From the NCBI GenBank assembly GCA_963836075.1, contig CAWIIB010000009.1, forward strand, positions 512,001 through 576,000: DNA of 64,000 nucleotides, given 5' to 3'. Source of the DNA: an uncultured Acidobacteriota bacterium. GTDB taxonomy: Bacteria; Acidobacteriota; JAQAZP01. Numbering within the stretch: position 1 is the stretch's first letter; each line of letters opens with the position of its first letter. A program made the position numbers and the translations under genes. The notes under the pieces were generated by a model. That model made no database searches, was not told where the DNA came from, and saw only the letters and a list, made by a program, of their open reading frames with translations. Positions 53,111 through 63,557 of the stretch are shown here, one piece after another.

Positions 53111-53702
53111 GCCGTTGAACAACACGGCCCCGGCCGTGGAAGAGCAGACAACCCAGCTGGGGCTGGTGGGCCTCTATGACGATCCGGACGCCCTGATCCG
53201 GGGCGCGGAAGAGGTGCGCAAGGCCGGCTACAAGCACTGGGACTGCCACACGCCCTACCCGGTGCACGGGCTGGACGATGCCATGGGGCTCAAGCCGTCG
53301 CCCATACCCTATGTCACCATCACCGCCGGGTTCATCGGCCTGGTGGCCGCCCTGCTGCTCACCGGCCTGCTGAGCGTCTGGCAGTACCCGATCCGCATCG
53401 GGGGCAAGCCGCTCTGGAGCTGGCAGGCCTTCGTGCCGATCTACTTCGAACTGTTCGTCCTCTTCGCCGCCCTGGCCACCATGGGCTCGGTGATCCTGTT
53501 CTGCCGGCTGGGCCGCTGGCACTCGCCGCTCCACGACTCGGAAGTGATGCCCGAGATCACCTGCGACCGCTTCGCCATCGTGCTGGAGTCCCGGGACGGG
53601 GCCTATTCCGAACCGGCGGCGCGGCAGTTGCTGGAGTCATCGGGCTGCGGCGACATCCGGCCGCTGGTGGTGCGCGAGGAGGAGGATGACGGGTTGATAT
53701 GA
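53103..53702 (+). CDS. actD: Alternative complex III subunit D (DUF3341)
   Basis: [26 protein letters not shown]. Confidence 0.9.
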   Translation: MTEPLNNTAPAVEEQTTQLGLVGLYDDPDALIRGAEEVRKAGYKHWDCHTPYPVHGLDDAMGLKPSPIPYVTITAGFIGLVAALLLTGLLSVWQYPIRIGGKPLWSWQAFVPIYFELFVLFAALATMGSVILFCRLGRWHSPLHDSEVMPEITCDRFAIVLESRDGAYSEPAARQLLESSGCGDIRPLVVREEEDDGLI

Positions 53703-54427
53703 TGCAGAAACTGCTGCAAAACATCCTGGACAAGGTCCTGCCCCGCTGGTCGCCGCTGATGTTCAAGGCGACGTTGATCACCCTGGTGGCGGCGGCCTTT
53801 GTCATCCCGCTGGCCCTGGCCGCCACACCGTTTATCGAGTTCTTCAACGGTATGGCCGCCCAGTCCAAGGGCAAGGCGCAGATGACCTATGGCCGTACCT
53901 TCGAGGAAGAGTTGCTGGTCACCCGCGAACCGGCGCCGGGGGCCGTGCCTCGCGGCTGGCGGCCCTACCCGCTGGCGCACCTCACCGAACGGATCGATGA
54001 GGCAAAAGCCGCGGACCCTGAGATGGACCCGAAGCTCATCTCCGAGATGGAGCTGGAAGCGGCACGGCTGGCCGGGGAGCTACTGGCCAACCCCGTTCCG
54101 CTCACCGAGGAGGGGTTACTCCGCGGCAAGAACCGCTATGACATTTTCTGCATCGTCTGTCACGGCCCCCGGGGGCAGGCCAACGGCCCGGCCACCGGGA
54201 CCAACCCGGTCACCGGGGTCCCCCGTTTCCCCGCACCCCCGTCGCTGCACACCGAGCAGGCGCAGGGCTACAAAGATGGGATGATTTACCACATCATCAC
54301 CCAGGGCATGGGCCAGATGCCCGGCTACTCGGACAAACTGTCCGAGGAGGACCGCTGGCAGGTGATCAACTACGTTCGTGCCCTGCAGCGGGCGATGAAC
54401 CCCAGACCCGAGGACCTCGAGCCATGA
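53699..54427 (+). CDS. actE: Alternative complex III monoheme cytochrome c
   Basis: CIVCH, GMGQMPGY, DRWQVINYVRALQ. Confidence 0.88.
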   Translation: MMQKLLQNILDKVLPRWSPLMFKATLITLVAAAFVIPLALAATPFIEFFNGMAAQSKGKAQMTYGRTFEEELLVTREPAPGAVPRGWRPYPLAHLTERIDEAKAADPEMDPKLISEMELEAARLAGELLANPVPLTEEGLLRGKNRYDIFCIVCHGPRGQANGPATGTNPVTGVPRFPAPPSLHTEQAQGYKDGMIYHIITQGMGQMPGYSDKLSEEDRWQVINYVRALQRAMNPRPEDLEP

Positions 54428-55650
54428 GCGCGCAGACCGGACAGACCACACCGCTGGTGCCGGCGCCGAGGGAGAGCAAGCGGCTGTTTGCCGCTGCGCT
54501 GCTCCTCGTGGCGCTCGGCGCGCTGCTCAGCGCCGCGGCGTATTATTCCGGTGATGCCGGCCGGGTCCGCTTCGGCTTCGCCTACCTCTGGGGTTTTACC
54601 TTTGTCTGGAGCGTCGCCCTGGGCAGCCTCTTCTTCGTCGCCCTGCACCACCTGACCCACGCCGTCTGGTCGGTGGTGGTTCGCCGGGTGGCCGAATTGC
54701 TGGCCGCCCCGATGTGGCTTATCGGGCTGCTCTTCGTCCCCATACTGCTCTTTGCCCTGTGGAACGACCAGTTCCACCTCTTCCCCTGGCTCGACGCGGC
54801 GGCCGTGGAACACGACCACCTGCTGCAGGGCAAGGCGCCCTATCTCAACTTCACCTTCTGGACCATTCGCGCGGCGGCCTTCTTCGCGCTCTGGATCGGC
54901 TTCAGCCGTTTCTTCGTCGGCCGCTCGCTGGCCCAGGACCGCGGTGAGGGGGGCGAACAGTCCACGGCAAAGATGCGTAAATTTGCCGCACCGTTCATGC
55001 TGCTCTTTGCCGCCAGCTCGACCTTTGCCGGCATCGACTGGCTGATGAGCCTCGAACCCCACTGGTTCAGCACCATTTTCGGGGTCTACCTCTTCGGCGG
55101 CATGGTGCTCGCCTCGCTGGCCGCCATCACCATCATCACCATCTGGCTGGTGAAGAGCGGCCGCCTCGGCCAGGGGCTGATCACCCGGCACCACATCTAC
55201 AATCTCGGCACCCTGCAGTTCGTCTTTGCCTGTTTCTGGGCCTACATCGCTTTCAGCCAGTACATGCTGATCTGGTACGCCAACATGCCCGAGGAGACCT
55301 TCTACCTGGCCCACCGGATGCACGGCGGCTGGCTGGGGGTGAGCGCGGCCCTGGCCCTGGTCCGTTTCGTCATCCCCTTCCTCGCCCTGCTCTCCCAGCG
55401 GGCGAAGATGAACACGAGGATCCTGCTCTGGGTCTCCGCCCTGATGCTGGTCGGCCAGCTGCTCGACCTCTACTGGCTGATCATGCCCCAGGTTCACCAG
55501 GCCGGCCCCGCACTGGGCTGGCAGGAGCTCGGCCCGTTGCTGATGCTCTCGGGAATAGTCGGCCTCTTCATCGCCCGGTTCATCAAACGGCACTCTCCGC
55601 TGGCGGTGGGCGACCCGCTGCTCGAGGAGTCCCTGCATTTTCACCTCTAG
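54424..55650 (+). CDS. actF: Alternative complex III membrane subunit F
   Basis: DWLMSLEPHWFSTIFG, FSQYMLIWYANMPEE. Confidence 0.9.
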   Translation: MSAQTGQTTPLVPAPRESKRLFAAALLLVALGALLSAAAYYSGDAGRVRFGFAYLWGFTFVWSVALGSLFFVALHHLTHAVWSVVVRRVAELLAAPMWLIGLLFVPILLFALWNDQFHLFPWLDAAAVEHDHLLQGKAPYLNFTFWTIRAAAFFALWIGFSRFFVGRSLAQDRGEGGEQSTAKMRKFAAPFMLLFAASSTFAGIDWLMSLEPHWFSTIFGVYLFGGMVLASLAAITIITIWLVKSGRLGQGLITRHHIYNLGTLQFVFACFWAYIAFSQYMLIWYANMPEETFYLAHRMHGGWLGVSAALALVRFVIPFLALLSQRAKMNTRILLWVSALMLVGQLLDLYWLIMPQVHQAGPALGWQELGPLLMLSGIVGLFIARFIKRHSPLAVGDPLLEESLHFHL

Positions 55651-55661
55651 AGGTGGGGGAA

Positions 55662-56510
55662 ATGAACGTGATGCAAAAGGCATTCATACTGATCTTGATC
55701 CTGGTCCTGCCGTGGACCGTCCAGGCACAGGCCCTCAAGGGCCAGGCGCCCCACGCCCCTGGTCAGGAAATCAACCCGCGGGTGGGGATCGAAGAACACC
55801 TCGACACCTCCCTCGCGCTGGACGACCTGCATTTCACCGACGAGGACGGCAACCCGGTGGTATTGAAGGACCTCTTCGGCAAGCCGGTGATCCTGACCAT
55901 GGTCTACTTCAGCTGCCCCGGCATCTGCACCCCGCTGCTCAACGAGCTCTCCCGGGTGGTGCAGCAGTCGCGGATGGTCCCGGGAAAGGACTTCCGCATG
56001 GTGACCATCAGTTTCGACCCCGACGAGGGTCACGAACTGGCCCGGCTGAAGCGGACCAACATGATCGCCGCCATGGAGAAGAACAAGCCAGCGCCCGAGG
56101 ACTGGCGCTTCCTGGTGGGCGACGAGGAAAACATCCGCAAGATCACCGATGCGCTTGGCTTCCGCTACGTACGAGACAAGAACGGCATCGACTTCGTCCA
56201 CGCCGCCTCGGTGATGTTTCTCTCCCCCGAGGGAAAGATCGTCCGTTACCTGAACACCACACGCTTCAACCCGGCCGACCTGGAGATGGCGGTGATCGAC
56301 GCCGCCGAGGGCCGCTCGCGGTCCTTCATGCAGAAGGTGGAGCGCCTCTGTTATGCTTATGATCCTGAAGGACAGGCCTACGTGCTGAAGATCAACCGGA
56401 TTATCCTCGGCATCACTCTGGTCTTCGTCCTGCTCTTTGTCGGGTTCCTGGTGCTCAGGAAACCTGCGGCCCGGCGTCCTCCACGGGTGAGCAAGGGAGC
56501 CGCGTCATGA
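55662..56510 (+). CDS. SCO-family copper chaperone
   Basis: YFSCPGIC, TISFDP, FVH. Confidence 0.9.
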   Translation: MNVMQKAFILILILVLPWTVQAQALKGQAPHAPGQEINPRVGIEEHLDTSLALDDLHFTDEDGNPVVLKDLFGKPVILTMVYFSCPGICTPLLNELSRVVQQSRMVPGKDFRMVTISFDPDEGHELARLKRTNMIAAMEKNKPAPEDWRFLVGDEENIRKITDALGFRYVRDKNGIDFVHAASVMFLSPEGKIVRYLNTTRFNPADLEMAVIDAAEGRSRSFMQKVERLCYAYDPEGQAYVLKINRIILGITLVFVLLFVGFLVLRKPAARRPPRVSKGAAS

Positions 56511-58126
56511 CCACTACCACTAACGTTGCCGCGGCCGCAGCCGCTCCGAACTACCTCACCGCCAAAAAGGGGATCTGGTCCTGGCTGAGCACCACCGACC
56601 ACAAACGGATCGGTCTGCTCTACCTCTACAGCACGCTGACCTTCTTCGTCTTCGCCGCCGTGCTGGCCTTCCTCTTCCGCCTCGAGCTCTTCTCCCCCGG
56701 AGTGCAGTATTTCGGCAGCGACATCTACAACCGGCTGATCACGCTCCACGGGATCTCGATGATTTTCCTCTTCATCATCCCCGGCATCCCGGCCGTGTTC
56801 GGCAACTTCTTCCTGCCGATCCTCATCGGGGCCGAGGACGTCAGCTTCCCGCGGATCAACCTGCTTTCCTGGTACTGCTTCATCGCCGGGGCGCTGCTGG
56901 CGCTGGTCTCGGTGATCCTCGGCGGGGTGGACACCGGCTGGACCTTCTACGTGCCCTACAGCCTGCGCACCGAACAGAACATCTTCGTCCCGATGATGGC
57001 CGCCTTCATCCTCGGCTGGTCGTCGATCCTCACCGGCCTCAACTTCGTCACCACCGTGCACCGGCTGCGCGACGCGCGGATGAAGTGGTTCAGGATGCCG
57101 CTCTTCGTCTGGTCACTTTACGCCACCGGGTGGGTGCAGCTGCTGGCCACGCCGGTGGTGGGGATCACCCTGGTGATGGTGATGCTGGAGAAGTTCGTCG
57201 GGGTGGCGATCTTCGACCCCACCCGCGGCGGCGACCCGATCCTCTACGAGCACCTCTTCTGGATCTACTCGCACCCCGCGGTCTACATCATGATTCTGCC
57301 GGCGATGGGGATCGTCTCGGAGATCATCCCCACCTTCTCGCGCAAGACCATTTTCGGCTACAAGTTCATCGCCTACTCCTCGATGGCCATCGCCGGAATC
57401 GGATCGCTGGTCTGGGCCCACCACATGTTCACCTCGGGGATGGCCGACGTGGCGCGGGTGATCTTCTCCTTCCTCACCTTCTTCGTCGCCATACCCAGTG
57501 CGGTGAAGGTCTTCAACTGGCTGGCCACGATGTACAAGGGCTCGATCAAGCTCGAGCCGCCGATGGTCTGGGCGCTGATGTTCATCGTCCTCTTCACCAT
57601 CGGCGGTCTGACCGGCCTTTACAACGGCATGCTCTCCATCGACATCCACATCCACGACACCTCGTTCGTGGTGGCCCACTTCCACTACACCATGTTCGGC
57701 GGCACTGTGATGATCTTCTACGCCGCCCTGCTCTACTGGTGGCCCAAGATGTTCGGCCGGATGTACAATAAAAAGCTGGCCAACTTCCTTGCCGGCACCG
57801 TGTTCATCGGCTTCAACCTGACCTATTTCCCGCTGTTCATGGCCGGGATTGCCGGGATGCCGCGGCGCTACGCCGACTACCTGCCGCGCTACGAGATCTA
57901 CCACCGGCTCTCCACCATCGGCTCATGGATCATGATCAGCTCCCTGTTCATTCTGCTGATCCACCTGATCTGGGTCTCGAAGCGGGGGAAGAAGGCACCG
58001 GACAGCCCCTGGGGCGGGGCGACCCTGGAGTGGAGAACGGCCACGCCGCCGCCGACGCTCAATTTCACCGGCGAGCCGGACCTCAGCCGCTGGGCCTACG
58101 AGTACCCCGAAGAGGTGGAGCGATGA
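56507..58126 (+). CDS. ctaD: Heme-copper oxidase subunit I, type A2
   Basis: TDHKRIG, GWTFY, FWIYSHPAVY (YS motif), WAHHMF, VVAHFHY, GMPRRY. Confidence 0.95.
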   Translation: MTTTTNVAAAAAAPNYLTAKKGIWSWLSTTDHKRIGLLYLYSTLTFFVFAAVLAFLFRLELFSPGVQYFGSDIYNRLITLHGISMIFLFIIPGIPAVFGNFFLPILIGAEDVSFPRINLLSWYCFIAGALLALVSVILGGVDTGWTFYVPYSLRTEQNIFVPMMAAFILGWSSILTGLNFVTTVHRLRDARMKWFRMPLFVWSLYATGWVQLLATPVVGITLVMVMLEKFVGVAIFDPTRGGDPILYEHLFWIYSHPAVYIMILPAMGIVSEIIPTFSRKTIFGYKFIAYSSMAIAGIGSLVWAHHMFTSGMADVARVIFSFLTFFVAIPSAVKVFNWLATMYKGSIKLEPPMVWALMFIVLFTIGGLTGLYNGMLSIDIHIHDTSFVVAHFHYTMFGGTVMIFYAALLYWWPKMFGRMYNKKLANFLAGTVFIGFNLTYFPLFMAGIAGMPRRYADYLPRYEIYHRLSTIGSWIMISSLFILLIHLIWVSKRGKKAPDSPWGGATLEWRTATPPPTLNFTGEPDLSRWAYEYPEEVER

Positions 58127-58749
58127 GCCAGGGGACGGCAGCCGCCCAGCAGCATCACGAGCACTACGACCCGGAGGCGAACAGGATCGGGATGTGGCTT
58201 TTCCTCTTCACCGAGGTGCTGCTCTTCGGCGCCCTGTTCATCGCCTACGCCATGTATCTCACCCTGCACCGCTGGGATTTCATGGTCGGGTCGGCCCAGC
58301 TGGACAAGCTGATGGGTGCGGCGAACACGGTGATCCTGCTCACCAGCAGCCTGACCATGGCGCTGTCCATCGGCGCCCTGGAGCGGGGCAAAAAGATGCT
58401 GTCGCTGGTGCTGCTGGGGGTGACGCTGCTCTTCTCCTTCGGCTTCCTCGGCATCAAGTCGGTGGAGTGGAGCCACAAGTATCACCACGGCATCTGGCCC
58501 CAATCGGAAAACCTGGCCACGTTCCCCCAGGGCGAACAGGTCTTTTACGGGCTCTATTTCACCATGACCGGGCTGCACGCCCTGCACGTGATCATCGGCG
58601 CGGTGGCGATCCTCGTTGTTATGGCGCTGGTGGCCCGGGGGAAGGTGCACCAGGGGCGCCCCGACCTGTTGGTGAATACCGGGCTCTACTGGCACCTGGT
58701 GGATCTGGTCTGGATTTTCCTCTTTCCGTTGTTCTATCTTATCCATTGA
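58123..58749 (+). CDS. ctaE: Cytochrome c oxidase subunit III
   Basis: GMWLFLFTEVLLF, TGLHALHV, YWHLVDLVW. Confidence 0.93.
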   Translation: MSQGTAAAQQHHEHYDPEANRIGMWLFLFTEVLLFGALFIAYAMYLTLHRWDFMVGSAQLDKLMGAANTVILLTSSLTMALSIGALERGKKMLSLVLLGVTLLFSFGFLGIKSVEWSHKYHHGIWPQSENLATFPQGEQVFYGLYFTMTGLHALHVIIGAVAILVVMALVARGKVHQGRPDLLVNTGLYWHLVDLVWIFLFPLFYLIH

Positions 58750-58758
58750 GGTTCAAGC

Positions 58759-59046
58759 ATGAGCGACCATACAGACCATCAGATCGTGCCCTACCGGGTC
58801 TACCTCATCGTCTGGCTGGGCCTGCTGGCCCTGACCGTGGTCACGGTGGCCGTCTCCTATGTCGACATGCGCAACGTGGCGGTCCTCACCGCGGTGCTCA
58901 TCGCCACGGTGAAGAGCTCGCTGGTACTGCTTTACTTCATGGAAATCAGGTTCGGCAAGCCCCTCTACGCGATCATGATTCTCGCGGTGCTGGGGACCTA
59001 CGCCATTTTCATCGGATTGACATTTGCAGACTATGGATACCGTTAA
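58759..59046 (+). CDS. ctaF: Cytochrome c oxidase subunit IV
   Basis: Three TMs, IATVKSSLVLLYFME. Confidence 0.85.
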   Translation: MSDHTDHQIVPYRVYLIVWLGLLALTVVTVAVSYVDMRNVAVLTAVLIATVKSSLVLLYFMEIRFGKPLYAIMILAVLGTYAIFIGLTFADYGYR

Positions 59047-60214
59047 TCAGTTCACTCAGCCGCTCTCGGACATCACCCGCGAGGTGGACCTGGCCTTCAA
59101 CATGATGGGCTGGATCTCGCTCTTCCTGCTGCTGGGCATCACCCTGGCCATGGTCTGGTTCGTGTTCCGCTACAGCCGCGGCCGGGCAAAAACAACCACC
59201 CAGATCGAGGGCCATTTCTGGCTCGAGGTGACCTGGATCGTCCTGCCGGTGATCCTGGTCACCTGGATGTTCTGGGTCGGCTACAAAGGGTTCCTGCTCA
59301 TCCGGGAGGTCCCGGAAGGAGCGATGGTGGTCAAGGTCACCGGCCAGCAGTGGTCCTGGTCCTTCTACTACCCCGAGGAAGGGATCAGTACCACCGAAAT
59401 GGTGGTCCCGGTGAACACGCCGGTGAAGGCCGAGATCACCGCACCGCCCGACGACGTGCTGCACAGCTTCTTCATCCCCGACTTCCGGGTCAAGGAGGAC
59501 GCGGTGCCGGGCAAGGAGACCTACCTCTGGTTCGAGTCGAACCGGGTGGGAGACTTCAACATCTTCTGCGCCGAATACTGCGGCAAGGACCACTCCCGGA
59601 TGATCTCCATGCTCCACGTGGTCTCGGAAGAGGACTACCGCAAGTGGATCAAGGCCCAGGAGGCGAAGAAGTACAAACCGCTGGAATACGAGGGGCTGGT
59701 GAATGCGGACCACCCGGCCTTCGGTCCCGACGACCTGAACATCGACGCCGCGGCGCTCTACCGCAACTACTGCGCCTCGTGCCACGGGGCGGCTGGTGAC
59801 GGTTCGGGCCTGCCCGGGGTGGCGCGGGATTTCAACGACCTGCCCAAGTGGAAGAAGAGCAGCAAGGTCACCGACATCTTCCGCACCCTCACCGAGGGGA
59901 TTCCGGGAACCCAGATGCGGGCCTTTCCCAACTTCGCGCCCTGGGAGAAAGTGGGCCTGGCCCACCAGGTGCGCTCCTTCATCCGCGAGGGCGCCGAGCC
60001 GATCACCGAAGAGGACTACGCCGCCCTGGTGGAGCAGTACGAGCTGGACAAGATGCAGGGCCCGCGGGAGACCATCCCGGTGGACCGGGCCATGGAGCTG
60101 CTCACCCAGGAAGCCGCGACAAGGTCAGCTGCGCCCGCAGAAGAACCCCGACCTGAAGAGCCGCCGGTGACGGAAGAACTCGCACCACCGCACTCGGACG
60201 AACCGAATCCATAA
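59033..60214 (+). CDS. ctaC: Cytochrome c oxidase subunit II with fused cytochrome c (caa3-type)
   Basis: LEVTWIVLP, QWSW, DVLHSF, CuA CAEYCGKDHSRM, CASCH. Confidence 0.93.
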   Translation: MDTVNQFTQPLSDITREVDLAFNMMGWISLFLLLGITLAMVWFVFRYSRGRAKTTTQIEGHFWLEVTWIVLPVILVTWMFWVGYKGFLLIREVPEGAMVVKVTGQQWSWSFYYPEEGISTTEMVVPVNTPVKAEITAPPDDVLHSFFIPDFRVKEDAVPGKETYLWFESNRVGDFNIFCAEYCGKDHSRMISMLHVVSEEDYRKWIKAQEAKKYKPLEYEGLVNADHPAFGPDDLNIDAAALYRNYCASCHGAAGDGSGLPGVARDFNDLPKWKKSSKVTDIFRTLTEGIPGTQMRAFPNFAPWEKVGLAHQVRSFIREGAEPITEEDYAALVEQYELDKMQGPRETIPVDRAMELLTQEAATRSAAPAEEPRPEEPPVTEELAPPHSDEPNP

Positions 60215-60412
60215 GCCAGGTCCTTATCGTGCCATTGACGCACCGCTTACAGGTGTGTTCGCAGTCCGTTGTGTACAGTCTGGGGCGACCATGGTCATTT
60301 TTGACTGACATTTCCAGCAAAATACTTTCTTTCCAAGCAAGTAGACCGGTGGCGATACTCCTAATTCATCATCATCCATTTTGTTACTACCTCTTAGCAC
60401 GAACTGAGAACC

Positions 60413-61735
60413 CTACAGCTCATCCAGCGGGCTGCGTGCGTCCGGTGCCATCGCCTGCAATACATGGGTGTAGAGCATGGTTGTTTCCACGCTTTTGTGC
60501 CCGAGCAGATCTTGCACCCGACGGATGTCCGTGCCCTTCATCAGAAGCGCCGTGGCAAAGCTGTGTCTCAATGAATGACAACCAGCCGGCTTGGCAATCC
60601 CCGACCGCCGCACCGCCTCCTTCATCGCCCTCTGCACCGTTGCAGTGGCCATATGCCAACGCCGAATCACGCCATCATCACCCACGTTCAGCTTGGCCGA
60701 TGGGAACACAAACTGCCAGCCCCATTCACGCCCCGCATTGGCGTATTTCCGCTTTAGGGCATCCGGCAACGGCGCCTCACCGGCACCAGCCGCCAAGTCA
60801 CGCACGTGCAGGTCCTTCACCTTGGCCAGGTGGTCCTTCAGGCCCTGAACCAACCGCTCCGGTAAAAAGGTAACACGGTCTTTGTCCCCCTTGCTCACCC
60901 GCACCATAATCGATCCGGATGCGAAGTCGATTTCCTTCACCCGTAACTGCACCAGTTCGCTCACCCGCAACCCGCTGCCATAAACCAACTCGAGCATGAG
61001 CCGGTATACCCCCCGAAGTTCATTGAAAACAGCACGCGCCTCTTCCGGCATCAGCACCACCGGCAATCGACGCCCCCGCCGAGCTCGCACTGTTGCGCCC
61101 ATGTCACCCAGATCTTTCATCAGCACATGGCGGAACAAAAACAGCAGTGCATTGAAAGCCTGATTCTGGGTGGATGATGCCACGTTGCGCTGAACAGCTA
61201 GATAGCTGAGATACGACCTCACATCATCCGTTGTCGGTGCAACCCTGGTTGTCCCGTCCACGTAAGCGAGAAATCGCTGAGCCCAACCCAGATAGCTGCG
61301 CTCAGTACGATTTGCATAGCGACGCAACCTCATCAGCTGCCGCATCTCCACCAGCAGCTGCTTTGCGTTCAAGGCCCCAGTATTTCCACATTCACCACCT
61401 ACACCTGATTCCCCGCTCGCCGCACTCGAACCTGTGGAGCTGCCGGAACCATGTACATCAGTTGCCACCCCCGTAACCTGCTGTTTACGATACTGACCAC
61501 AGAAGAGTGCCACCGCATCGGCTGCTTGTCGCAGTTGCCAGCCCTGGGTCCTCCCCTCCCCCAGGTCCTCCAGGAAAACCAGCAACGTGTCCTGCCAGAC
61601 CTCAATCTGCCTGCTTGACTGCAACCGCAGGAACCGCTCCACCCACCCCACGAAAAACTGTATTTTGTGATCGGAAGTCATCCGCTTCTCACGCAGCCAC
61701 ACCGCGTATGCTTCCAACTCGCTGTTCATCCCCAC
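60413..61735 (-). CDS. intI: Integron integrase with N-terminal extension
   Basis: STQNQAFNAL, GLRVSE, KGDKDR, integron-specific patch LPDALKRKY..WGWQFVFPS..RRWH, HSLRHSFAT, LLGH, TMLYTH. Confidence 0.93.
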   Translation of the reverse strand: MGMNSELEAYAVWLREKRMTSDHKIQFFVGWVERFLRLQSSRQIEVWQDTLLVFLEDLGEGRTQGWQLRQAADAVALFCGQYRKQQVTGVATDVHGSGSSTGSSAASGESGVGGECGNTGALNAKQLLVEMRQLMRLRRYANRTERSYLGWAQRFLAYVDGTTRVAPTTDDVRSYLSYLAVQRNVASSTQNQAFNALLFLFRHVLMKDLGDMGATVRARRGRRLPVVLMPEEARAVFNELRGVYRLMLELVYGSGLRVSELVQLRVKEIDFASGSIMVRVSKGDKDRVTFLPERLVQGLKDHLAKVKDLHVRDLAAGAGEAPLPDALKRKYANAGREWGWQFVFPSAKLNVGDDGVIRRWHMATATVQRAMKEAVRRSGIAKPAGCHSLRHSFATALLMKGTDIRRVQDLLGHKSVETTMLYTHVLQAMAPDARSPLDEL

Positions 61736-61812
61736 CCAGCCTTCTGTATCAATCTGATTACTTGCAGTTTACACGTATCGCCAAACACAATACCCGACTA
61801 TGCAACCAGTCT

Positions 61813-61919
61813 AATATCCAGGTAATACCTGCCAATCACGACCCTGCCAACCAACCTGCGAATATCCAGCCTCCTGGATATCAAACTATCCTCCTATCCG
61901 AGTAATGGCCCGGTTATAC
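61813..61919 (+). other. Putative attI region
   Basis: Upstream of intI; direct repeats AATATCCAG and CCTGCCAA, then TATCCGAGTAATGGCCCG-GTTATAC core at 61913-61919. Confidence 0.5.
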
Positions 61920-62177
61920 CAATCTATTGCAGCCACATTGCCGATCTCTTGACTATCGGCCCACCCGTGTTTACCATATGACACAATGACTTGTACTCAT
62001 TCGGGTTCCGACCTTGACCTGCAACACTATGAAAAGAAAGCAATATGCGTGCCCGAATTCCCTTTTTTTGTGTATAGTCAGATATAGAATTGTTGAACTT
62101 AGCCGCTTCGCGGGGAATAAATCTTGCATAGACAGATAGTTGCGTTGATCGTGGTCCCATACCTACCGTGGTGATAT

Positions 62178-63338
62178 ATGGAAGGCAGGATTCAAGCGAT
62201 ATTCCGTCAGCACTTCGATGCGTATGCCTCGGAACATCGTCTTCCCCTACATGCCCATAAAGCCGCCCGTTCAATCATCAGCTGCCGCACCGAAGCGATG
62301 GGCGGGCACGTGATGCGCTGCCCCGCCGGCCACCTCGAGAAGATCTCATACAACTCCTGCAAGCACCGTTCCTGCCCCCAGTGCTCGAGCCTGCCCGCGG
62401 AACGCTGGCTCGAGAACCAGAAGGCGCAGTTGCTGGCCACCAATCACTTCCACGTGATCTTCACCATGCCCGATGGTCTGAACGACCTCTGGCGATGGAA
62501 CAGGAAGTTGATGGCCGACCTGCTGTTCAAGGCTTCCCGCGACACCCTCTTCGAGCTGCTCGGCGATGAACGCTATCTCGGCGCAAAGCCGGGTCTGATG
62601 AGTTCCCTCCACACCTGGGGCCGAACACTGGTCCTGCACCCGCACCTGCACTGCCTGGTCACTGGTGGCGGTCTGGATGACGAAGGCAACTGGCGACAAG
62701 CCAGGCAGGGCTACCTTCTCCCAGCCCGCCTGGTGAGCGCCCTTTACAAGGGCAAGATGATCGCCTTCATCAGCAAGACGTTCAACGAGGGTAAGCTCCG
62801 GCTACCCGCCGGATCACGGCCCAAGGACCTGTTCCGCCTGCTGGCCCGGCTCAAGAAGAAGAAGTGGAACGTCCGCCTGCAGAGTAAATACGCACACGGC
62901 AACGGCGTGACCACCTATCTCGCCCGATACGTCAAGGGCGGCCCGATCTCCAACCGTCGCGTGATCCGTGTCGATGGACACCACGTGTGGTTCCGCTACA
63001 CGGACCACCGCGACGGCCGCAACAAGACGATGAAGCTCACGCATCGCGAGTTCTTTAATCGGCTTCTGCAGCACGTACCTGTCCCCTACAGCCACACCGT
63101 GAGGTATTACGGGCTTTACCACTCGCACAACATCGATTCACTGAATCGCTGTCGATCGATTATGGGCCAGGCACCGGTGGAAAAACCGGAGCTGATGGAC
63201 TGGTCAGCCTACTGTGAGAAGATCGGTTTGGCCGACCAGGTGACGTGCCCGGTCTGCGGACGGCGGATCATCTACGCCGGCCCCTTGAAACGAGGCAAAC
63301 CACCGCCGGAGGGAGAGCGCTATGACCAAGCAGCGTAA
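62178..63338 (+). mobile_element. IS91-family rolling-circle (HUH/Y2) transposase
   Basis: Zn motif CRT..GGH..C..YNSCKHRSCPQC, HTWG..LHPHLH, YLARY, VRYYG, CPVCG. Confidence 0.92.
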
Positions 63339-63557
63339 TCACAACCTCTTCTCTGCAGCCTCATTCAACCAGGGGGAAGTGCGTCCACGGGCAACAGCCT
63401 CGATCAGATGGTGTATACCTCAGTTTCCAAAGTGTTTAGGCCGGTTAACAGTAGTTGCATTTTACGTTTTCGGAATAGACGATCGCATACGACCAGATTC
63501 ATTACTCGATGGGTGTGTGAAGAGGTGAAAACTCCATAAGGTCGAATAAAGGGGCCT

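Noticed and set aside
62020-62098. Possible extra attC ending at GTTGAAC
   Set aside because: Only weak pairing and no recognisable L boxes
61924-62274. 116-aa minus ORF, and 63322-63528 plus ORF
   Set aside because: No motifs; overlap the transposase and its presumed non-coding ends
60413-63338. intI and transposase as one tyrosine-recombinase/IS91 composite element
   Set aside because: Genes are divergent and the recombinase has the integron-specific patch with an attC downstream
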